Below the pieces are notes generated by a model that had not been told where the DNA came from, ran no database searches, and was given only the letters and a program-made list of their open reading frames with translations. Below, in pieces: positions 20,749-29,861 of a DNA stretch of 64,000 nucleotides. Within the stretch, counting starts at the first letter, position 1, and the number at the start of each line of letters is the position of its first letter. The position numbers were made by a program, and so were the translations under genes. This DNA comes from a virus: IMG/VR virus record IMGVR_UViG_3300030104_003613; one strand, given 5' to 3'.

Positions 20749-23700
20749 TTATTGAATGTTAGGGTTGTCTAGGAAGTCTTGAAGTTGTTCATCGGTGATA
20801 AACTGTTGTGTCGAATCATCGCTAGGAGTCCTGTCAAATCCACCACCGGCACCACCTACACCATCAATAAATCTGTGTGGTTTAGGACTGTGTTTATCAC
20901 CAAGCATTCTCCGACCTTTATGTTCGTGGAATGGACCGTAGTATGGTTTACCATCAATTGATCCGGTGGCATCAAGACCCACACAATCAATGACAGTAAT
21001 AACCTTATCGTCATCGTCAGGTTCTTTCGCTCCATCTCTATCTATACAGAGTTTTCCAATTAATTGAGCGTTGTATCCTGTCTTGGACTCGATGTAGATA
21101 TTTGGCATCTGTTTGAATCCTTCACCAGTGTTCGTTATGTTGACCTTGATTACTCTTCCGAAGTTATCAAACTCTGCCTCGGCAGTCGCACCCATTGACG
21201 GATCAATGACCACCTTATCTCCTTTGAGATAACCAAATCCACGATTCTTGACGATGATTTCACAGAGATACATGATGACCGGATACTCACCATTGCTGCC
21301 CGTGGGTTCGCGTACCGATGTGGTTCCAATACCAACACTTGGTGTGGTGATACATCCAGGAACCTGAATCACATGAGGTTTCCCACCAATAATTGTCTCT
21401 CCTCCACCTTCACCATCTCTTGGTTCTGTCACTACAATAGTTCCAGCAGGAAGTGTGACGATATCACCAGGCAAGAAGCAATGATCATTTCCGGGTGGAA
21501 TGGGAATTTCCCATGCACCATCATCACGTTTGATAATAGTATCATCTGGTTTAGACCATGTTCTTCCATCTCCCCCTCTGCTTCCATCATATGCACCCTT
21601 GTATCCTGTTCCAGGATCATCAACGATGTAATCAATAATACCAATATCATCACCACCCGGAAGATCAAATGTATCTGGGATAAAGACACCAGCTCCTTCA
21701 CCGGGACCATCTGGTGATCGAGGTGTATCGATATTACTGGGAGTTGGATTGCCAGGACCAGAGGATTCATCCGGTTCATATCGGAAGATAGCGATACCAG
21801 CTATATTCTTTTTAAGTCTAAACTTACCTTTGTCAACGGTGAGAACAAGATCAGTGTAATCAAAGTCGGACTTACCACCAATTTTCTCAATCCGTTTTAC
21901 TTCTTTGCGGATGGTTCTTGGACCTGTCGGCATCTGGAATGACTCAAAGTCCTCTCCCTCCTCTATTGGATCACCTTCTTTGGTGGTTTGTGTCCAAGTA
22001 ACATCGTCACCATTATGGTTGACTCCTGATCCCGTAACACCAATAGATTCGATCGCCACGCCAGCAGTTGAGGGTTTGTCATCCCATTCTAGTGTAATTC
22101 CAACTGTGCCACTACCAATTACTTTTAAACCATCATCACTAAATCTACCATTACCCTGGGTGATAGTAAATGAAGCATTTTCATCATCTCCGTCACCGTC
22201 TAGTAATTTAATCTTCTTATTACCATCTGACAGTTTGTCTTTAAAATAATTAGCAGGGTCAGCATTATACTTGTTCCGTTCTCTGTCGTTTCCTAAATTC
22301 CAAATGATGTCTGCTTCGGTGGTGGAATCATTGACAACTCTTTCAAATACATCAACTACTTCTCTTTCTGTTCTACCATATACATCGTCAAGGGCAAGAG
22401 TCTTTTTATTGTTCTCAATTTTAAATGGTTCGGGGTTTGCTTCAGGGTTATCTGCCGTACCGAAAGGATATTGACTACCGTCAGGGTGATATGCTCTAAC
22501 GAAGTAGTCCCTATTTGGTGACATGTATCTAATTTCTTTTCCTACATCATTACCTGTAAATGAGAAGTTTAACTCACCAAGACCATATAACTTCTCAACA
22601 TCATCAAGTTGAAATGTAATTGTATTGTTTAGTGCTGCTTGTCTGGTAATAGTAAACTCAACAGGAACTAACTCCTCCCTGAAGAGTAAGGCACCTTTAC
22701 CTTGCGAGACACCCTCTGGTCCAATCTCAAGAAGTGGTGATGATTCAAAGAAACTAGGACCTAATCCATAAATTGGGGTTGAGAAGATTTGATTAGTTGG
22801 ATTGAATGGTTGTGGGGCATAGACATTATCAAATGGATTAGCGGGGAATGGATACTCATCGGCCGCCCTATTGGCGGGGAAAGGTCCAAAACCTAGTGGT
22901 CCGGCACCACCTCCACCACCAGCCCTAGCGGGAAACAACAATCCAGGTGCTGATGGGAAGTCTGGATTGCCACCACCTTTGTTAGAAGGACGATAATTAC
23001 CAGGACCATTAGGACCAGGTGTATTGAATACATTAGGAACTTTATATGGTTTCCCAAGAGTGCCCTCTACTCTGACACTCGCTTCTACGCGGTCACCCCC
23101 ACCAATACCAGTGACTCTAAAGTTTTGAAAACCTTTCTTGACTACTACCTCAACACTACCTTTAAACTTTTTGTTTTCAATATCACCCATGTTCTTACTG
23201 AACTTAATCCTATTGGCGTTCCTTACGTTCCAACGAATTGTAATCTTCTGTCCTGCTTTAACTCTTCTCTTTGATGATCGGATCGTTCCCTCAACAATAT
23301 TACCTGTAACCGTGTTTTCATCTGGACCATCATCATCTTGTGATCTACCAGACCTAGGAACAGGACCGAAAACAGGTCTGACACGGGCACCTTTACCATT
23401 ACCGCATTTATCAAAGACTCTTGCTTTTGCTCTGCCTGTATATCCTTGACCAAAACTTGTTACATCGACACCAATTACCTCCCCAAGTGCCCCAATAATA
23501 AGGTTTCCTGATGCCCCAACTCCATCATCACCAAAGATTTGTAGTTCGGGAGGACCACATAAAATAGGATCAGTATCGCAATCATCAAAATTAAATACTC
23601 CACTCAAATCAATGTCAGCAAGATTGCCAAACTGATCAAGTGCTTCTGTACCAAAAGTTGTTGGTGCCTCGGCAAGAGATTTTGCTCTCTCTGCGATTTT

Positions 23701-25017
23701 AGTAAAGTCTCCAATGTCTATCGGTGCGGCACCTGATCTAGGGTTCCACTCGTTAACACCAGAACATTCAGGTCTATCATCACATGTAAGGAATGAAAGA
23801 ATGTTGTCAACCATTTGGATAGCATCAGTAGCGATATCCAATCCCATGTCAGCAATTCCAACAGCACCTTCGATCAGATCTCCAATACCACCAAAGACAC
23901 CACTAACGGTTGATGAAAGAGTTCCAAGAACACCACCGACAAAGTTCTCAACGAAACAAATAGGAACGTTAATAACTTTATTGACAGTATCCTTGAGGAA
24001 TCCCATCACCATCTCTTTCAACTGAGAGAAGAGTTTTCTGAAGAAACACTTGATAGTATCAAGGATGGTGTTGCTTGTGTTGTTTACTAATTCTCTTTCA
24101 TTTGGTAAAGCAAGATCATAAACACTTTTGAATGCCGAGTTTATTGTTTGTTCAATATATTGCTCTATCTCCTCATAGACCCACTTAATAGCACTTGCTA
24201 TTAACTCTGCCGCCTTCTCAATCAGATTCTGAATCTGACCTTCTATCTCATCAAGTTTCTCTTTTGCGGCAGATTGAGCCTCATAGACTGATGCCCTTAC
24301 CTTTTCAATCTCATGAAGAGCATTCTGTAACTGCTTTTGAATCTTGGAAAGTGGAAGAGGTTCACAAACTTTCGACTGTGCCAGAGGTTGAAGTGCTCTC
24401 TCTGCTGTATCATCTACATCAGTGTTCCCTTTGTCTTGATCACCTAGCCCTAGTGTGGCACTGTTGATCTGTTCTTCATTGATAGGTTGTTCACCTTGAG
24501 AACCATTCTGTTGAATGAATTCACCTGCTCCACCCTCCTTCCTTGATCCGACAGGGAGTAAGTTGTTGTCGGGAACAGAAGCATCAAGACCAGAGAAGGG
24601 AACAAACTTCGCATCAGGGATGTTCTTCATCACCGCCTGATATTCATTAAATCCAGCACACCCCATGATGACAGGTTGCTGTCCATCCTCACCGTCTAGG
24701 AAGAACCCATAAACAAAATCACCTTGACGAATATTGACTGACTGTGATGAACCATTGTTACCGCTACCTGCCGTAACAGGATACATGACGGATGCCCATG
24801 GCAGATCCTCATCGGGTAATTCACTGGCTACAGCAGTATGATATCCCATGATACGGACTTTGAATCTTTGTCCGAATCCTTTTGACTCTGTATTATTGGC
24901 AACACGTTTCTCTGGGTTGTTATCTCTCCAAGATGTCGCAGCAGCAACTTGACCGATCCACCAATGGAATCCGTCTCTACCTACAAAATGTCTTTTAAAG
25001 AGTCCCTGTTCTATCAT
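20749..25017 (-). CDS. gp5: Baseplate hub subunit gp5-like (N-terminal OB-fold), 1422 aa
   Basis: F.WWIGQV..RFKVRIMGYH..DEDLPWA..V.GFFLDGEDGQQPVIMG, the T4 gp5 N-terminal signature. Confidence 0.85.
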   Translation of the reverse strand: MIEQGLFKRHFVGRDGFHWWIGQVAAATSWRDNNPEKRVANNTESKGFGQRFKVRIMGYHTAVASELPDEDLPWASVMYPVTAGSGNNGSSQSVNIRQGDFVYGFFLDGEDGQQPVIMGCAGFNEYQAVMKNIPDAKFVPFSGLDASVPDNNLLPVGSRKEGGAGEFIQQNGSQGEQPINEEQINSATLGLGDQDKGNTDVDDTAERALQPLAQSKVCEPLPLSKIQKQLQNALHEIEKVRASVYEAQSAAKEKLDEIEGQIQNLIEKAAELIASAIKWVYEEIEQYIEQTINSAFKSVYDLALPNERELVNNTSNTILDTIKCFFRKLFSQLKEMVMGFLKDTVNKVINVPICFVENFVGGVLGTLSSTVSGVFGGIGDLIEGAVGIADMGLDIATDAIQMVDNILSFLTCDDRPECSGVNEWNPRSGAAPIDIGDFTKIAERAKSLAEAPTTFGTEALDQFGNLADIDLSGVFNFDDCDTDPILCGPPELQIFGDDGVGASGNLIIGALGEVIGVDVTSFGQGYTGRAKARVFDKCGNGKGARVRPVFGPVPRSGRSQDDDGPDENTVTGNIVEGTIRSSKRRVKAGQKITIRWNVRNANRIKFSKNMGDIENKKFKGSVEVVVKKGFQNFRVTGIGGGDRVEASVRVEGTLGKPYKVPNVFNTPGPNGPGNYRPSNKGGGNPDFPSAPGLLFPARAGGGGGAGPLGFGPFPANRAADEYPFPANPFDNVYAPQPFNPTNQIFSTPIYGLGPSFFESSPLLEIGPEGVSQGKGALLFREELVPVEFTITRQAALNNTITFQLDDVEKLYGLGELNFSFTGNDVGKEIRYMSPNRDYFVRAYHPDGSQYPFGTADNPEANPEPFKIENNKKTLALDDVYGRTEREVVDVFERVVNDSTTEADIIWNLGNDRERNKYNADPANYFKDKLSDGNKKIKLLDGDGDDENASFTITQGNGRFSDDGLKVIGSGTVGITLEWDDKPSTAGVAIESIGVTGSGVNHNGDDVTWTQTTKEGDPIEEGEDFESFQMPTGPRTIRKEVKRIEKIGGKSDFDYTDLVLTVDKGKFRLKKNIAGIAIFRYEPDESSGPGNPTPSNIDTPRSPDGPGEGAGVFIPDTFDLPGGDDIGIIDYIVDDPGTGYKGAYDGSRGGDGRTWSKPDDTIIKRDDGAWEIPIPPGNDHCFLPGDIVTLPAGTIVVTEPRDGEGGGETIIGGKPHVIQVPGCITTPSVGIGTTSVREPTGSNGEYPVIMYLCEIIVKNRGFGYLKGDKVVIDPSMGATAEAEFDNFGRVIKVNITNTGEGFKQMPNIYIESKTGYNAQLIGKLCIDRDGAKEPDDDDKVITVIDCVGLDATGSIDGKPYYGPFHEHKGRRMLGDKHSPKPHRFIDGVGGAGGGFDRTPSDDSTQQFITDEQLQDFLDNPNIQ

Positions 25018-26363
25018 GCTTTCTTATACGAGTCTCTAACTAAACCAAGACTAGTGAATGTATCTGATGGAGTAAGTCTATGGCACACATAAGCGACAAG
25101 GTATTTACCTTCAGTCTCTTTATTTATTTCACCATCACCACGTCCTTCTAACTGTACAAATGTACACTCAACCATATCACCTGCTTTAACTGACAAGTCT
25201 CCCGCAATCATAATATTAGTTTGAATCGTAAAGACTTGATTGTATCTCATAATTGACTGAACCTGTGTCCTAGGAGAGTCATAGTTTGGTTCAGACTTTG
25301 CTGCTTTCCAATTTTCTAATTGTTCCTCCGGTGTATCTCCAGTTGGATTATAACCAATGTCAAGAACATTTGTCATCAGTCTAGATGGTCCTTGTACAAA
25401 CTGTGGTTTGACAAGAGTAGAGGCAGGCGTATCACCAGCAGTTGTAATTTTATCACCTTGATCTGCGATGTCAAAATTTATGACAACATAATTAAATGAA
25501 ACTGGGTCGTAGAATATTGTTCTATTATTGTAAACACCCAATGCCAGATTAGATTGAAGGTCTACGTTCCTATCAATATTGACTGACAGTATTGACTTAT
25601 ATCCCTCTGACTTCCTTGAGTCAGAGATGTTGGTTGTGTTGGTAAAGATATACTTTTTCTCTGGCGTTTGTGCTAATAGTTTATCAAGTGATCTAAAGTT
25701 AAAACCATTTTGATTCTGATAGAAAAGATATCCAGCACTGCCTCCAACCGAACCACTACCACCAGTTCCTGCTGACTGCGATGTGGACTTTGATGCTAAC
25801 CAGGTACAGACGTAGAATGGTTTTCTATCATTGCCGAAGAAATTATAATCAATAGCGGTATCATCAACAGTTACTTCTGAACTGCTTTTGAGGACATCAC
25901 TCAAAATAGATTTTACATTATCAGAAATCTTACCTTGATATCTTTTGACAACTCTTGTCAACTCATTACTGATGTACTCTACTGATGTAAGGTGTAAAAT
26001 AAAGTTCTCCTTGACAGTGCCTGGATCAGCAGATAAGACCCTGTTTACATAAAAAGTAAGTTCTAATGAAGATTGTGGATTTCCCGAATCAGTAAATTTA
26101 ATATCAAATCTTTCTCCACCTCTGATGGGAAGATCATCCAGAATTCCTTTACTAGCCTTGGCTTGCTTACCGTCTGAGGTATATCCAGTGTCTACAATTA
26201 CTGCTGTTGCTGTAATAGAATTAGATAAAACATTCTCATAATATCTAAAATCAACAAGACCACCACCCACATCGACAGCCTTGCCAGAATTAGATGTGAT
26301 GACACACTTTTGTATATTACCAGCGTTGGCTTCTGAAAGTTGTTTAGTTCCTTGTTCAGACAT
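25014..26363 (-). CDS. Baseplate hub protein (gp27-like)
   Basis: YYEN..LPIRGGE, YLFYQN..GFNFRSLD and GD..GD.V..GKYLV..VCH motifs; position next to gp5. Confidence 0.65.
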   Translation of the reverse strand: MSEQGTKQLSEANAGNIQKCVITSNSGKAVDVGGGLVDFRYYENVLSNSITATAVIVDTGYTSDGKQAKASKGILDDLPIRGGERFDIKFTDSGNPQSSLELTFYVNRVLSADPGTVKENFILHLTSVEYISNELTRVVKRYQGKISDNVKSILSDVLKSSSEVTVDDTAIDYNFFGNDRKPFYVCTWLASKSTSQSAGTGGSGSVGGSAGYLFYQNQNGFNFRSLDKLLAQTPEKKYIFTNTTNISDSRKSEGYKSILSVNIDRNVDLQSNLALGVYNNRTIFYDPVSFNYVVINFDIADQGDKITTAGDTPASTLVKPQFVQGPSRLMTNVLDIGYNPTGDTPEEQLENWKAAKSEPNYDSPRTQVQSIMRYNQVFTIQTNIMIAGDLSVKAGDMVECTFVQLEGRGDGEINKETEGKYLVAYVCHRLTPSDTFTSLGLVRDSYKKA

Positions 26364-29300
26364 TATCCTTGCTTATAAAGAAATCCAAGAAGTTGTTTCT
26401 TATAGTAACTATTTACCAACTCTGTCGTGGAACCTCCCATGATAACAGCACCCTGCCCCTGTCCTCCACCTGACATCATTGGTTGCTGTTGTTGTGGGGA
26501 AGGGAGGACAATAGTATTAGTATTTGAACTATATGATGGGTCCTGTGCTACCGCAGCAGCACTTTGTTGAGCAGTCGTAACAGAACCTGGTGTAGTGACA
26601 GTTGCTCCTGCTGCTGGTCCATTGGCACTCAAAATAAGATACTGAACATAAGGTGAGGGATTTCCAAGTCCTCCATATGTTGTTCCATTCTTTTTATTAT
26701 CAACCTCAAAGTGAAGGTGTGGTCCTGTTGAACTACCACGTCCAGGATCATTCGATGCGCCACCTGTCTTACCAAGTGCTGTTCCGGCAGGGAGTTTCTG
26801 ACCTTTCTGACAAAGGATAGTATTCAAGTGTGCCAATCTAAATTGAAGACCAAGTGATGGTGCCCACGCATCTACCACGTTACCATAACCACTTCCCGCT
26901 GAACCATGGAGACCAGCGTAAACAATCTCAACTGGTACACTCAAACCAACAAAGGTTCCTACTGGTGTGCCAATGTCAATGCCACCATGTAGTCTACCCC
27001 AACGTTGTCCATAACCAGATGTAACCTCAAACCCACTAATCATATTACCCTTTTGTGTTCCTGTCGTTTGTCCTGCTCTTTGTAGAGCACTTCCAGAAGT
27101 CTGCATTGGACTTGTCGTGGTTGAAGCAGGTGTTGTTGTAGATGAGGATGTAGGCATTACAGGTGTCGTTGCCGAAGCAGTCAACTTGGCAAGTTCTTTC
27201 TTATCGTTCTCCAAATTGTATCTAAAAACTTTACCCAGAGAGGTGCCTGGTGCCACCATTCCCCCTGATGCCAATAATTTTTCAGTGCTTTCAATCTTCT
27301 TTTGAAGTTCTTGTATTCTTTGTCTTTGTGCTAACTGTGCCTTTTGTTGTTCATTGTTTTGTGGTGAACTAGATGGTGTGGTCGCTGGTTGACTTGGTTG
27401 AGTGGGTGTTGATGTGGTATTAAAGTTAGGAACACCACCCATAGTATTACCCTGATAGTTCCAATCCCATCCAAAATAATTGTTGGGTGCGTTAGTTGAT
27501 CTTACAACTTGTCCTTTTCTATTTGTCTTTGAATAGTTTGTAAAGTCTGTTCTACCACCAACAAACCTCTTTGCTTCATCTTGATATTGTTTGTTCTTAA
27601 TATCAGCAGCAGCTTGATTGATAAACGCAACACTCTTACCAGTTGCAGCAGCAGCAGTAGCAGCATCAACGATATTGTGCCACTCTGGGTTTGCTTTCAT
27701 ATCTGTTCTCTTGCGAGGGTAGTCCCATGTTGGTTGGAATTGTTTGTCAGCAATGACCAACTCACGAATTGTTCCTCCACCATAAGCACCAGATGCTTTT
27801 CTATTGTAAATTACTTGTGCCACATCTGCTCTTGCTTGCCCATCACTATCCTCCATCGCAGCGACTGCTGCTAGTGTCCAGAAGTCTGAACCACCGCCAG
27901 ATACAGTGGTAGTTGTCGTAGTAGAAGTTGTCGTAGTAGAAGTTGTTGTTGTTCCCTCTGGCATAGACGACAGATCATAATCTCTCTCTTTTGGAACATC
28001 CGGTTCCTCTACTTTACCTTCCTCTTTCTTGTTTCCAAAGATAGCACTCTTCATTGCGCCAGGTATGGCAAACAATATCTGAGCAAGATCAGGATTAATA
28101 ATTTCTTGACCCCAGATAGGAATCTTTTGAAGCCAACCAAGGAAGTCAGCACGTTTTAACCAACCAGGTATTTCTGGAATCTTAATCTTGGGCATTGCCT
28201 CATAGAATCTTTCTCCTGCTCCCTTCAACCAATTCACTGCTTTCTTACCCACTTCAAGAGCAGACATGAAAGCATCAATTATTTCCTGACCTGCTGCCTT
28301 TGGATCCTTGTTAATGATGAGTTCATAAGCAGCACCACCAAGAACCTCACCAGCAAGTCCACCAAGAATAGGTCCAATGATTTGTCCTATACCAGGAATT
28401 GGTGTAAGTAGTCCCAAGAATTCACCAAGACCAGCACCAACTGCTTTGAATGCTGCCTTACCAAGTGATATATCAGGGTCAAGGGCATTCATTGTAAAGA
28501 CAATCAGTGGTCCAACAACAGGCAACCTTGCTCCTTTCAAAACACTAGTGCCTTTCTTTAAAGCAGGAGCTGCCTGTCTTAAAGACTGAACCTGTGCCGG
28601 ATTACTAATACCAAATATCTTTTTAAGAAATTTGTTTACCGCACCAGTTGCCTGCTGTGCCTTTACTGCTCCCTTAGATAGTCCTTTTTGAGCACCAGGA
28701 GACAATGGAATGTTAGCGGTGCCCGTTTGAAGACTAGCACCAAACTGTCTTGATCTAGCAGCAAAAGATCCAGGTCTTACAGTTGCTGTTGCTGTGGGAG
28801 CACCTCTCCTTGCTATTTGTGATTGGAATGTTCCACCCGCTAATGCCTGTCCGGGTGCTCTATAACGACCAGGGCTTCTGAATCCTGCTGTGGCACGTTG
28901 TCCTCTCAGTTGAGCGCCAGTAGTGGCACCACTACCAGTTAGCGTTGCCTTACCACTACCAGGTTTACCAGGTTTACCAGGTTTAGATCCCGGTGGTGGT
29001 TTCAATCCTAACAATCTTCTGAGTCTATTAATCACACTGCCTGCGAAGTTCTTAATCCCAGTTCCTAGTGCTTTAAATCCTGTTTTGATTCCTTTTGCTG
29101 CTAGTTTGAATGGAGCAAGAGCAATCTTAACACCGATCTTTCCTATGCCTTTTACCGCCGATCCAAATAATCTAAACCCACTCTTTAATCCTCTCAATCC
29201 ATACTTGATAACCAGGAAAGTAGCATAGAGATTGTCTTTCAGGAAACCAAAAACTTTTGCTATCTTTGGTCCCTGTTTGAGTAAGAATAAAAGAGCACCA

Positions 29301-29860
29301 CCCAATAGAATATTCTTTAAGAAATTCATAATATTGAATGGGTCACCTTTGGGTAGGATGGAACCCATTCCTGCTGGTGATGTTGTCTTGCCCTCTCTCT
29401 TCTCTTCTCTTTCTTTCTTTCTAGCGTTCTGTTTTGCCTTCTTTGCCTTTGCCGCTGCTTCTTTCTTGGCAGTAAGTTCACCCTCAAACGCTTTATTAAG
29501 AGCAGATGTTATGCCTTCAATATTATCAAGTTGTTGTTGAATCTTATCATAACTAACCTTACCTTTTGTGGATACAGTTTGAACATTAGTATCTACATCA
29601 ACACCTTGAGGTAGAAGTTTCTGTGGTGAAACTTTAGAAGTTTGATTCTCACTTACACTAAAAGTAGAGAGACCACTTTCAGTTTTGGCAAGTGCTCCTC
29701 CTTTCTTTTTCTTTCTATCTTTTAATTTATCTTTGACCTTACCCTTAACAAAATCCTTGGCAGCACTCTTTACCGCTTTCTTACTAAACTGTTTAGCAGC
29801 AATCTTTGGTGCTTGTGATATGAGTGCTTTTGCTATTGGAGCTAAGAGAGGTAATGCCAT
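26363..29860 (-). CDS. Large tail-associated protein with SleB/CwlJ-like cell-wall hydrolase and M23 peptidase domains
   Basis: LAAVAAME..VAQVIYNR..IRELV..QFQP (Hydrolase_2-like); HGGID..LAHL..STGPHLHFE (M23). Confidence 0.8.
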   Translation of the reverse strand: MALPLLAPIAKALISQAPKIAAKQFSKKAVKSAAKDFVKGKVKDKLKDRKKKKGGALAKTESGLSTFSVSENQTSKVSPQKLLPQGVDVDTNVQTVSTKGKVSYDKIQQQLDNIEGITSALNKAFEGELTAKKEAAAKAKKAKQNARKKEREEKREGKTTSPAGMGSILPKGDPFNIMNFLKNILLGGALLFLLKQGPKIAKVFGFLKDNLYATFLVIKYGLRGLKSGFRLFGSAVKGIGKIGVKIALAPFKLAAKGIKTGFKALGTGIKNFAGSVINRLRRLLGLKPPPGSKPGKPGKPGSGKATLTGSGATTGAQLRGQRATAGFRSPGRYRAPGQALAGGTFQSQIARRGAPTATATVRPGSFAARSRQFGASLQTGTANIPLSPGAQKGLSKGAVKAQQATGAVNKFLKKIFGISNPAQVQSLRQAAPALKKGTSVLKGARLPVVGPLIVFTMNALDPDISLGKAAFKAVGAGLGEFLGLLTPIPGIGQIIGPILGGLAGEVLGGAAYELIINKDPKAAGQEIIDAFMSALEVGKKAVNWLKGAGERFYEAMPKIKIPEIPGWLKRADFLGWLQKIPIWGQEIINPDLAQILFAIPGAMKSAIFGNKKEEGKVEEPDVPKERDYDLSSMPEGTTTTSTTTTSTTTTTTVSGGGSDFWTLAAVAAMEDSDGQARADVAQVIYNRKASGAYGGGTIRELVIADKQFQPTWDYPRKRTDMKANPEWHNIVDAATAAAATGKSVAFINQAAADIKNKQYQDEAKRFVGGRTDFTNYSKTNRKGQVVRSTNAPNNYFGWDWNYQGNTMGGVPNFNTTSTPTQPSQPATTPSSSPQNNEQQKAQLAQRQRIQELQKKIESTEKLLASGGMVAPGTSLGKVFRYNLENDKKELAKLTASATTPVMPTSSSTTTPASTTTSPMQTSGSALQRAGQTTGTQKGNMISGFEVTSGYGQRWGRLHGGIDIGTPVGTFVGLSVPVEIVYAGLHGSAGSGYGNVVDAWAPSLGLQFRLAHLNTILCQKGQKLPAGTALGKTGGASNDPGRGSSTGPHLHFEVDNKKNGTTYGGLGNPSPYVQYLILSANGPAAGATVTTPGSVTTAQQSAAAVAQDPSYSSNTNTIVLPSPQQQQPMMSGGGQGQGAVIMGGSTTELVNSYYKKQLLGFLYKQG

Positions 29861-29861
29861 C

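Noticed and set aside
27906-28985. Short tandem repeats (AGTTGTCGTAGTAGA x2; ACCAGGTTT x3)
   Set aside because: In-frame linker repeats (TTTTS, KPG); not a CRISPR array or contingency locus.
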